A program made the translations under genes and the position numbers. Source: Candidatus Sodaliphilus limicaballi (GTDB lineage: Bacteria; Bacteroidota; Bacteroidia; Bacteroidales; Muribaculaceae). Taken from it: a stretch of 50,082 bases of DNA. Under the pieces are notes generated by a model. It was not told where the DNA came from, searched no databases, and saw only the letters and a list, made by a program, of their open reading frames with translations. Of this stretch, positions 10,195 through 18,938 are shown in pieces (within the stretch, counting starts at the first letter, position 1; the number at the start of each line of letters is the position of its first letter). The DNA lies in contig JAGHSP010000256.1 in the NCBI GenBank assembly GCA_018065815.1, forward strand, positions 1-50,082, written 5' to 3'.

Positions 10195-13100
10195 TTAAAA
10201 CGCGACCACCGCTCGCACACCGTAGGAATTGCCCTTATTGTTGTAGTTGTAGACGGCGCCGCTCCCTGCATTAATGTTGTACGCGTAGGAAGCACTGAAT
10301 TCGGTGGTTGACCACTGCCAATCGGTCGGCTTCACCCATAAGCCCAGAGCGAATGCCTTGGCAAATATGGCCTTTTCGTTGGCTGTATCATAGCCCTGCA
10401 GGTGCCACCACACCATGCGGGCCAGCTCTCCAGCACTCGGCAGCCACCAGCGGTGAGCCTTGAACTTGTCACTCAACACCTCGCCGGCCTTCACCTTGGG
10501 CTCATACGCATAGCAGCGGCTCGCTGCAGGGAAATAGAACTCACGGTAATTATTGCCCTTAGCGGCCACTATCGCATCAATACGCGCCTGCAGCACCTCG
10601 GTCTCGCTCTGCATCGCGTTGGCTTCAATCGGAGCACTCAGGTCATAACCGTCAAGGGTTACGCCGTTCAGAATCTTGTTCCTATGGCGGATGATGTGCA
10701 GCGTCTTGAACTGACCCACATGGATGAAGTCGCCGGCTTTATAGGGACCGAGGTTCTCTTCCAACTGCACCATACCCATGTCACCCACGGCAGTCGTGCG
10801 CGAGAATATCTTGAAGCCCTGGGCATCGCCGGCGGCCTCGTCGCGGTAGTTAGCATCGTTGATGGTATTCGTGCCGACTGCGGTGATATTGCTGATGGCT
10901 GGCACATCATAGCAGTTATAGTCCTCGCCACTGTCCAGCGTCACGCCACTCACCCTGTCGGGATGAAGGCCCCACTGGTCACTGACAAGGTTTGCAAGGC
11001 CATAAGCCAGGCGGTCAGTAGGATCATCGGGGTTGATGTACATGCACACGCCCACAACGGTCTTGCCTGGCAGATATTCGTCACTGAACGAGCCGTCGGC
11101 ATACACAAGGTCGCCCTCCTTGCAACTGTGCTCATGGAAATGCAACTCTTTGCTGGCTGTAACTGTGCTTCCGTCATGCAGCGTCAAGGTGACGGTCACC
11201 AGGGCAATGGGCGGGTTGGCTTCTGTACCCACGCGGTTCACGGTCACTACTCCGGTCTGGGCATTCACGCTCGCCCACTCATTGCTCGGCATGCTCCACG
11301 TGATGGCGGTGAAGTTGTTGCCCTCGCTGGTAATCTCAAGCGGGTAATCGCCCACCGTGGGCATATACTTGCTCGTGGTGATGGCCACATTCTCGACGGT
11401 CTGGCGGTTATATACGATGGTCAGTCCCTGACTGCCGTGGTCAACGTCACCCCACGTCACTACCCATCTGCGCTTGCGCTCAAAGCTCACACTGGCACCG
11501 GTCAGGGTGATGGTGCCGCTCAGGCGGCAGTTGCTCCCGAGGGCAGCGAGCGCGTCAAGCAGACCGAGGCCATCCGAACCATTCAGTCGCCAGTTCACGT
11601 TGTCAATCCTCACCTCGCGCAACTGACCGGGTGCGCTGGCATGCACACCACGCACGACCGCGAGGGTGTCAACAATCGGGGTGTTCTGCACGATGATGCT
11701 CTCCAGTGAGCCGTAACCCTCCATCTCCAGGGTTGAGACGCTGGTACAGTCTATCAGGCGCAAGGTCTTGAGGTGTCTGCCGAACACAAGCGTGGTCAAC
11801 GTCGTGGTCTTGGGCAATGTAACACCGGTCACACCGCTTCCCCACAAGTACAACTCGCGCAGTTGCTCCTGCTTGCTCAAGTCAAGGGTGAACACGCCGT
11901 TGCTCTTGCTGCCCAAGCCCTCGCAGTTGGTCAAGTCAATCACCTCAAGGCTCACGGCATTGGTGACATTGAGTTCCGTGAGTTTGGTGTTCACCCACTG
12001 GCGCGTCTGCCGGTCGGTGTTGCTGCCCAGTCGCAGCGAGCGTAGTTTCACGGCTACGCCAAGGTCGATGTCGCCGATGTCGCCATATTTGTACAGGTCG
12101 CCGATGTCGGTCAGCAGGTCGCCGTCAAACAGATATGTCACATTGTCGTTGCGCTCTATGACCATGCCATGCTGCACCTCGCTATTGACCACTGTCACAC
12201 CCTGCTCGGGGTCAAGGCAGCGGTAGCGAACTGTGTCACTATACTGGTAGTTGCCAAGTCCCAGGCACACCCACATCGGCATATAGGGCTTAATCACCAG
12301 GTCGCAACCGTAGCCCCAGGTGCGCCACGTAATACGGCGACCCTCACTGCCCAGCGCCCAGCGGCTGCCCCAGTACCTGAACGAGTTGCCCAACCAGTAG
12401 CGGCGCTGGTTCTTCTTGTCGCCAAGGCCACTCTCGATCCAGCGGCTGTAGGGGGTGCCGCCTTGGTACTGCTTCATGCCGTAGTTATAGAGTGCCTCGC
12501 ACCATGCACCCTGGTGACGCTCAAACCAGGCTATTAAATCCGGGCCGCTGAAACCGCTCTCCTTGCTCTTGTCATACAGCATCTTGGCAATCGCCTGAAT
12601 GCGGTCGTCATAGCCATCCTTGAGATTGACCCAGATGGCGCCGCGCTGGCCGTTGAACACGGTGCTCGAGCCTGCAGGCTGGCTCGGTTGGTCATATACG
12701 AACCTACCGTTCACAATGTAATCTGACAAACCAAGCCAGAATGGGAACTCGATGCGGCCCGTGTTGCCGATGCCCAGGCCACTGTCTGTGTCACGCGCCA
12801 ACGGACGCCACAGGCTGCCGTTATAGGTGCACAAGCCCAGGTTCTTACTCCCGTTGTCCATCATGTGGTTCACAAGCATCCATATCAGATACACGCACCA
12901 GTGGTCAACACTGATATAGTCACTGGCCTCGCTGATAAACTTAGCAAGGCGGTAGGCTGCTGTGTCGTAGGCATAGGTCACACCCTTGCTGTCAGTGTAA
13001 GGGGTGGCAAGCAAGCCGCCGGTGGCGAGTTTCTGGTTGGTGCTCACCAGCCAGTTGTGAAGACGCAACAGTCCGGCAGTCTCGGCTTGAACGGTCTCGG

Positions 13101-15810
13101 TCTGACCCGCGTTCTCAGCATGGCCAAAGTCGCGCTTCGCGCCGTTCTCTTTTATAATCTTCGGGTAGCGGGCCTCATAGTAGTTGTAGATGTCATTGAC
13201 CTCGGCATTTCGCTCGCTGTCCCAGCTCATGGCGTTGAACACGGTGTCCCACATCACGTTGTTGTCGCGGATTTCCCACGCCTGGGCACCGCTGCGCTCC
13301 CAGGTATATGCGCCCTCAAATCCCAGCACCTTCTCGTTGTTCTTGCTTGTGATCAGGTTGAACATCCCAATCGGGTAATAGGTGTTGTCCCAGTAGCGGA
13401 ACACGAATATCGGCACGGCCATAAGGCTCTGGCGGTAGGTCACGTCGCTCAACTGCTGGCGCACCTGGTATTGGACCCGCTGAGCCTCGGTCAGCGTGTC
13501 CAAGTCTGCACCCAGCGCAACGCACATCTTGTTGTACAGCATCGACATGATCGCGTTATTGGCCATTTCGCTGCTGGCATAGTCTTTCTTAGCGGTCCAG
13601 TCGTTGCTCAACGGTTCGCCGGCATACATGCGCCAGCCGGCACGGCTCGCACCGCCGACGGTAACGTTGTTAAAACTCATGTCGAGGTTCCTGAATGGAA
13701 CCGGGTAGTTCATCGAACTAGTGCCTTGGCATTTGAAGGTGTCACCGCTGGACGTGAACGAGGCGTTGCCGGCTTCAAAGTCATCGGGATTCAGGGGGTT
13801 GGTGTAGTTGCTGGTCTGCAGCGGGATGGCGGTCTTGCTCGTCGGCATGGCCTCGGCCTGCAGCACAAGCACTGGAAGTTCGGGACGGGCGGCGATCAGT
13901 TTGGGATAGCTCACCTCGAGGTTGCTGTCGAGCACGTCATTGCGCTTGGCGATGGCTATCTTGTCGGCCACTTTGGGCGTGTCGTAGGCATAGTTCTGCA
14001 CGATGCCTCTGCGGTCAAGGGTGCTGCGGTACATGCGCACGCAGTACAGGTCAACGTCACACTCGGCACTGCCCACAGTGATGGGCTGGGCCACTCCCTG
14101 CTTGAATGAGGTGCTGGGAGTGATCAGACGCATGGCTTGATACACGCCGTCGATATATACAAGCATCAGCGCCTCGAGACTGTGCTGCTCTGCGCCTTGG
14201 TCATCGGTCCAGGTATATTCGGTCTGCGTCCCTTCTATCACCATGTCGATGCGCACACGGGTATCTTCTTTATAGTCACAACTCAGGCTCTCGGAGTCAC
14301 TCGAAAATGTCATGCCGTTGGCCTTGAACTGGAAGCCGATGCCGCTGTACATGCACTCGGCAACAACGGCGTCGGCACGCACACAGTTACGCGTCGCAAG
14401 CTCAATGCTCACCGTCAAGCCCCTGCGGGTGCCGGCCACATCGCTTCCGTTACCCATCGCGGGGTTCTCGTCGAAGGGGGTCACGGGAATGGTCAGGTAC
14501 TGGCCTTTCTTCAGGTGCAGGGCGACGTTGCCGTCACTATCGGCAGCCCAGCCACTTCCGCCGGCGGTGAAGTCGAGGGCGCTAAGGTCCACGCTCACGC
14601 CGCCGCCGTTCCACACGGCGCGGTCCTGGTCGTTGTTGCTCTTGCCGGAACTGCGCAGCACCACATCGGCACCGGCCACCTCGCTCAGCACGACTTCGCC
14701 GGCAACAATGGTCACGGCAATGTTGCGACGCACGCCACCGCACTCAATGCGCACGGTGCGGTCGCCGGGCATTGTCTCGCCAAAGAGTGCCACGCTCCAG
14801 GTCTGCAAGCTGCTCAGCCCGTCCTCCAGCGTCACGGTCTGCACGCTGCCGGCAAGCACGGCATTGTTCTCGCCGATGATGGAAAGGCTCACCTCCACCT
14901 CGCCACTCGCACCGGGGTTCACAATCCAGTAGCCCAGCGTCAGGGTGTTGTACATGGCAAGGCGCGTCCCCGCTTTCAGGTCGCAGCCTATGACCACACC
15001 GCTCGCACCGGCTGGCTGATAGATATATTCCTTCTCTATCACGTCGGTGCGGATGTCCGCGTCTTCGGCATATTCCGCCCAGACCGTGACGCGGTGAATG
15101 CCGTAACTCTTGCCGGTCGTGATGGGGTAACTCTTCACCGATCCCGCACTCTGCGTTCCGCTCACCACCTCCTCGCCGTCGATGGCAACATGGACATTGC
15201 CTGTCACGGAACCGCTCAGGCGCACATCGACAGCCCAGTCACCGCTCATCACGGCGGCATCCGCCCAGTACGGCAACGACACGCCGATGTTCACGGCGGT
15301 CACCTCATAGGCCAGTGTCTGCTTCCTAACGCCATAGCCGTTGTCAACCTCAATGTAAAAGCGGTTGGTTCCCTCGCTCAGGTAACGACCCACATCTATG
15401 TCGTAGGTGTTGCCGTCATACACATCGAGGGTCTCAACCTCCACGTCATTCACAAGCACGCGGGCCGTGCAGCGGGTGGTCACGCTGATCTGCTCGTCGC
15501 CGTTCTGGTACTTGTTGCTCACGCCCAGCGACACCATGAATGAGGTGCCGAGCGCAATCCTGTAGGGCGCACTGCCCGCCACCGTGGTCGTGAGGTTGAG
15601 CAGGTAGTTGCTCTCGCTCACCACCAGGTCTATCATGCCGTTCTCATCGGGCATGAAGGTGCTGCCGTTCAGCCGCACACTCTTCACACCACCCTGATTG
15701 CCTATTATCGCGGCAATCAGGCGGTTCCACTCTTCGGCGGCAACCCGCCCTTGAGGGGTCTTGCCCTCGTTCTCGACCTTGCCGGCAAGGTCACTGATGT
15801 CTATAGCCAT
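10195..15810 (-). CDS. Large tail/receptor-binding protein, DGR target (LamG-like, CotH-like, LRR, Ig-like and C-terminal CLec-type domain with VR)
   Basis: Last gene of the tail operon; C-terminus WWLPSAGEL...WSTTE...GVRAVVAF is typical of CLec-fold DGR targets; contains the VR. Confidence 0.85.
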   Translation of the reverse strand: MAIDISDLAGKVENEGKTPQGRVAAEEWNRLIAAIIGNQGGVKSVRLNGSTFMPDENGMIDLVVSESNYLLNLTTTVAGSAPYRIALGTSFMVSLGVSNKYQNGDEQISVTTRCTARVLVNDVEVETLDVYDGNTYDIDVGRYLSEGTNRFYIEVDNGYGVRKQTLAYEVTAVNIGVSLPYWADAAVMSGDWAVDVRLSGSVTGNVHVAIDGEEVVSGTQSAGSVKSYPITTGKSYGIHRVTVWAEYAEDADIRTDVIEKEYIYQPAGASGVVIGCDLKAGTRLAMYNTLTLGYWIVNPGASGEVEVSLSIIGENNAVLAGSVQTVTLEDGLSSLQTWSVALFGETMPGDRTVRIECGGVRRNIAVTIVAGEVVLSEVAGADVVLRSSGKSNNDQDRAVWNGGGVSVDLSALDFTAGGSGWAADSDGNVALHLKKGQYLTIPVTPFDENPAMGNGSDVAGTRRGLTVSIELATRNCVRADAVVAECMYSGIGFQFKANGMTFSSDSESLSCDYKEDTRVRIDMVIEGTQTEYTWTDDQGAEQHSLEALMLVYIDGVYQAMRLITPSTSFKQGVAQPITVGSAECDVDLYCVRMYRSTLDRRGIVQNYAYDTPKVADKIAIAKRNDVLDSNLEVSYPKLIAARPELPVLVLQAEAMPTSKTAIPLQTSNYTNPLNPDDFEAGNASFTSSGDTFKCQGTSSMNYPVPFRNLDMSFNNVTVGGASRAGWRMYAGEPLSNDWTAKKDYASSEMANNAIMSMLYNKMCVALGADLDTLTEAQRVQYQVRQQLSDVTYRQSLMAVPIFVFRYWDNTYYPIGMFNLITSKNNEKVLGFEGAYTWERSGAQAWEIRDNNVMWDTVFNAMSWDSERNAEVNDIYNYYEARYPKIIKENGAKRDFGHAENAGQTETVQAETAGLLRLHNWLVSTNQKLATGGLLATPYTDSKGVTYAYDTAAYRLAKFISEASDYISVDHWCVYLIWMLVNHMMDNGSKNLGLCTYNGSLWRPLARDTDSGLGIGNTGRIEFPFWLGLSDYIVNGRFVYDQPSQPAGSSTVFNGQRGAIWVNLKDGYDDRIQAIAKMLYDKSKESGFSGPDLIAWFERHQGAWCEALYNYGMKQYQGGTPYSRWIESGLGDKKNQRRYWLGNSFRYWGSRWALGSEGRRITWRTWGYGCDLVIKPYMPMWVCLGLGNYQYSDTVRYRCLDPEQGVTVVNSEVQHGMVIERNDNVTYLFDGDLLTDIGDLYKYGDIGDIDLGVAVKLRSLRLGSNTDRQTRQWVNTKLTELNVTNAVSLEVIDLTNCEGLGSKSNGVFTLDLSKQEQLRELYLWGSGVTGVTLPKTTTLTTLVFGRHLKTLRLIDCTSVSTLEMEGYGSLESIIVQNTPIVDTLAVVRGVHASAPGQLREVRIDNVNWRLNGSDGLGLLDALAALGSNCRLSGTITLTGASVSFERKRRWVVTWGDVDHGSQGLTIVYNRQTVENVAITTSKYMPTVGDYPLEITSEGNNFTAITWSMPSNEWASVNAQTGVVTVNRVGTEANPPIALVTVTLTLHDGSTVTASKELHFHEHSCKEGDLVYADGSFSDEYLPGKTVVGVCMYINPDDPTDRLAYGLANLVSDQWGLHPDRVSGVTLDSGEDYNCYDVPAISNITAVGTNTINDANYRDEAAGDAQGFKIFSRTTAVGDMGMVQLEENLGPYKAGDFIHVGQFKTLHIIRHRNKILNGVTLDGYDLSAPIEANAMQSETEVLQARIDAIVAAKGNNYREFYFPAASRCYAYEPKVKAGEVLSDKFKAHRWWLPSAGELARMVWWHLQGYDTANEKAIFAKAFALGLWVKPTDWQWSTTEFSASYAYNINAGSGAVYNYNNKGNSYGVRAVVAF
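10202..10298 (-). repeat. DGR variable repeat (VR)
   Basis: 91/97 identical to 40521-40617; all 6 mismatches lie opposite TR adenines. Confidence 0.97.
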
Positions 15811-15842
15811 TGCTTTATCGTTTTAATGCTGTTATAATGTCA

Positions 15843-16208
15843 TTAGAAAATGATGGGGAAGGTCAGTGGGAAGCCCTTGATCAAGGGCGTGCCCTCCCTG
15901 CTTGCCACGGTGAACAGACCCAGATTCAGGCTCTGGATCTCACCGTCATCGATGCACACGTACCACACCCGCGTGTCCCATGAGCCCAGTGCCAGGTACT
16001 CGGCGGTGCTCATCGGTCGCACATTGTTCAAGGTGGTCAATGCCGCGCTGATCTGCTGCTTGGTTTCCTCGGGGATGCCGTTGAGGCGGTCAACAATCTC
16101 GTTTATTTTCTCGGGAAGACTGTTGAACTCGCCGGCTGTAACCCGCTCGCCGGTCTGCTTCTCGGCGATATACAAGCGGTCAATATTCCGGTTCTCGTTC
16201 TGTGCCAT
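15843..16208 (-). CDS. Hypothetical tail-module protein
   Basis: 121 aa; KQTGERVTAGEFN resembles the N-terminus of the next gene (GRVAAEEWN); ends FPLTFPIIF. Confidence 0.65.
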   Translation of the reverse strand: MAQNENRNIDRLYIAEKQTGERVTAGEFNSLPEKINEIVDRLNGIPEETKQQISAALTTLNNVRPMSTAEYLALGSWDTRVWYVCIDDGEIQSLNLGLFTVASREGTPLIKGFPLTFPIIF

Positions 16209-16212
16209 GTCG

Positions 16213-16419
16213 CTATGATAGTTTGAAAGGTAAGGTATAGGTGAAACACTCGTCGGTAACGGGACCGATCATCGTCAACGCATGGGCGACTATCTCGGGA
16301 ATGTACTTGCTGTAAGCTCCGTCCTGCACGGCACTGCCGCCCACCACTCGCACGCGCACCGAGCCACCGTTACTGCGATTGTCGGCACTCAACCTTATCT
16401 TGATGTTCTTTACACTCAT
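16213..16419 (-). CDS. Small tail-module protein
   Basis: 68 aa, coupled to its neighbours, ends FTYTLPFKLS. Confidence 0.55.
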   Translation of the reverse strand: MSVKNIKIRLSADNRSNGGSVRVRVVGGSAVQDGAYSKYIPEIVAHALTMIGPVTDECFTYTLPFKLS

Positions 16420-18926
16420 TTCTCAACTTCTATGTTTTGCCAGAATTGTGTCACTTGCGCAGTAAGGCAGCCATTCGTGAATGACCAGTATATCTGCCAA
16501 TATATTGGGTGTTTCATGGTCATCACTGCCGCTGTTTCATCCAACGACCAGTCGAAAGCATCTATCTCTGCTTGCGTAAGACCATAGTTTTGACGCAACT
16601 CGTCCTTGGCTTCGTCGATTGTGCCGAATTTCTCTATATTGTCGAATGTGGTTATCCTGCTGGCAACAGGTCGATAAAGCCCGTTCACAAGTTGGGTCGT
16701 GTCAAGCTCTCCGTTGTTGACTATGCTCTGGCTAATGAAATACAAGCCGTTCGCGGCAGATGCGAGACTGGCATCGTGGTTGCTGTAAGAACCGCCGGAT
16801 ATCACGCCGTTGATGCTTTTCGCTTGATAGCGGTATATATTGACCGCGTTTGTCGTGGCCTCACTATGGTCTCCGTCTGACGTTGTGTCAAGTGAAATGA
16901 ACACCACACTACTTGAGTCAAACCGCTCTTCGGTCACATTGTTCCAGTTCATGCCATTAGGGCCAAGGTCATAGAGCATCTGCCCATTGTTGTTGAAATA
17001 CTTGAGCACAGCATAGCCATTGGCATCAACACCGAACTGAATGTTGCGCTGACCGCCCTGACCGTAAACGTCCATCGTACTGCCGGCTATCACGACACGA
17101 GCCTGTCCTTCGGTAGGACGGGTCTCAAGCCTTTTGACCACAAGATCATCGCTCACCTCGGTAGTCGCGGCACTAAGCAGGATTTTGTCGTCCTCGCCGT
17201 TAATATAGATGCCAATCTTGCGCAAGCCGGCAAGCACGTTTGTATTGATAACCTCAAGGGCGATGCTGTTGGCCGTCTGCGTGATCTTGCTCGTGGTCAT
17301 CTCCTGCACCGGTTCCCAGTCCCACACGCTGAACGACGACCCGCTGGCCTTGGCGGTCTTGCAACGCACAATATCGTTGTTGAATATCTCGCCACCGCTA
17401 TAGGCTTTGTCGGTGACGGTGTCATACCACTGCGTTTGTATGCTGTCATTGCCGGTGTCAACAATGGCGGGATAGGTGGCATTCACCCACAGGTCACCCT
17501 CATCATACGGGGCGCGGGGCTGCCCGACGAACACCCTCCGCTTGCCGTCGGCGGTGTCCTGCGCTCTGGCTGCCGCTTCCAGCGAGGCAAGCACGTCGCG
17601 GTCGGTAAGTTCATTCCAGGTCCAGACATTCTCCACCTGCTGCCACACCCACGCTCTGCCACCACCGCTCGACAGGGCTCCACGATTGTAGTACAGGTCG
17701 CCTTCATGCAAGGCCTTGGTGTCAGCATCTGTCCAGTCCACGGCTGGAGCGTTCTGCAACGTGGGGGCAACGTCGCCGAACCACATCTCTATCATCTGGT
17801 CGGCCTGGTCTTGGGCTGCGGTGACCATGCCCTCAAGGCTGCTCACCAGTTCATCAAGGCGCACCCTATTGCCGTTGCGGTCGGTCACTGTGATCCAGGA
17901 GCCATAAGGGCTTAACTGGGCCTCGGCAGTGGGTAGTGTGAAACTGTTGATGCCGGTATATATGCGCACATAGGGATTGCCCGTTCCGGCACCGGCTATC
18001 ACAATGGCGTTCTGGCGGCTGCTGTCGTTCTCATTGCCAAGCAGCACCACATGGTCACCGGCTTCGGGCCAGTCGCTCTCACTGGCATACTCTCCAGGCA
18101 GATTGCCCAGCGACACCCAGTCGTCACCAACGGCAACCACCTTGCGCCAGTAGTATTTGTTCTGCGTGTTCTTGCTCTGACGGTAATGAAACGTCTGGCA
18201 ACGGGCAAGGTCGCCAACCTCAAAGGTGCGCACCACCTGATTGCCGGCAGCGTCCTCGCGGTTGAAGTAGCATTTGTACCAGGGAACGACGCTCACGCCG
18301 TCCACAAGCACACCTTCTCCTGGCTCCACACGGCTCACGACCATCGATGCGGCACTGGCAACAATCACACCGCCCACATGGCTCATCTTCTGGATCTCTA
18401 GTTCCACGGCACTCAACTTCTGCCGCACATGCAACTGGTCAACCTCCAGCTGCCAGTTGCCATCAGCGTCTTTCGTGAGACCGAAGCCGGTACCGCCGGC
18501 CTCATAGTCGCCGCTGTCGATGCCCTCGGGGAGGTGTACCCTGGCTTGTGCCGTGTCTTCTACGTCCTTGCGCAGGAATTTGTCCCACGCATCGCTGTCG
18601 GCACTCAACGACTTGGCCTCATCGGCCACGCCGGCCTCGTCGGCATAGCCGGCCTTGACCTTGCCCTGCTCGCTCTCATCGGCATCCTCGGCTTTCTGGC
18701 GCAGCAGCAGGTAGCCATCCACTTCGCTCAGCGAGTCAAGCAGGGGCTTGTTGGCATGGCTGTGCGCTTGGGCCGCAAGTTCGGCACTCTCTGTTGCGCT
18801 GCTCTCACTTTGGCCGCCAACGGTCACACTGCCGCCACCGCCGGAACCGGATGTCCCCTGACGGCGTTTGCTTCTCGGTTGGGCTGTGCGCTCAACGGTT
18901 GTAACTGTATATTGTTTCTTGCTCAT
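16416..18926 (-). CDS. Tail tip/fibre-associated structural protein
   Basis: 836 aa in the tail operon; LEVDQLHVRQKL, KYYWRKVVAVG and ADGKRRVFV motifs seen in Bacteroidetes phage tail proteins. Confidence 0.7.
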   Translation of the reverse strand: MSKKQYTVTTVERTAQPRSKRRQGTSGSGGGGSVTVGGQSESSATESAELAAQAHSHANKPLLDSLSEVDGYLLLRQKAEDADESEQGKVKAGYADEAGVADEAKSLSADSDAWDKFLRKDVEDTAQARVHLPEGIDSGDYEAGGTGFGLTKDADGNWQLEVDQLHVRQKLSAVELEIQKMSHVGGVIVASAASMVVSRVEPGEGVLVDGVSVVPWYKCYFNREDAAGNQVVRTFEVGDLARCQTFHYRQSKNTQNKYYWRKVVAVGDDWVSLGNLPGEYASESDWPEAGDHVVLLGNENDSSRQNAIVIAGAGTGNPYVRIYTGINSFTLPTAEAQLSPYGSWITVTDRNGNRVRLDELVSSLEGMVTAAQDQADQMIEMWFGDVAPTLQNAPAVDWTDADTKALHEGDLYYNRGALSSGGGRAWVWQQVENVWTWNELTDRDVLASLEAAARAQDTADGKRRVFVGQPRAPYDEGDLWVNATYPAIVDTGNDSIQTQWYDTVTDKAYSGGEIFNNDIVRCKTAKASGSSFSVWDWEPVQEMTTSKITQTANSIALEVINTNVLAGLRKIGIYINGEDDKILLSAATTEVSDDLVVKRLETRPTEGQARVVIAGSTMDVYGQGGQRNIQFGVDANGYAVLKYFNNNGQMLYDLGPNGMNWNNVTEERFDSSSVVFISLDTTSDGDHSEATTNAVNIYRYQAKSINGVISGGSYSNHDASLASAANGLYFISQSIVNNGELDTTQLVNGLYRPVASRITTFDNIEKFGTIDEAKDELRQNYGLTQAEIDAFDWSLDETAAVMTMKHPIYWQIYWSFTNGCLTAQVTQFWQNIEVEK

Positions 18927-18938
18927 TGTCCCTTGTCG

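Noticed and set aside
10065-10295. 76-aa ORF overlapping the VR
   Set aside because: Alternate frame crossing the hairpin and terminator; no support as a gene
10402-15543. Long plus-strand ORFs (10402-11709, 12865-14109, 14137-15543), and similar ones opposite the tape measure and transposase
   Set aside because: Antisense shadows of GC-rich genes with no recognisable motifs
9947-16208. Mu-type invertible G segment with Gin invertase
   Set aside because: No recombinase or flanking inverted sites found; tropism variation is explained by the DGR
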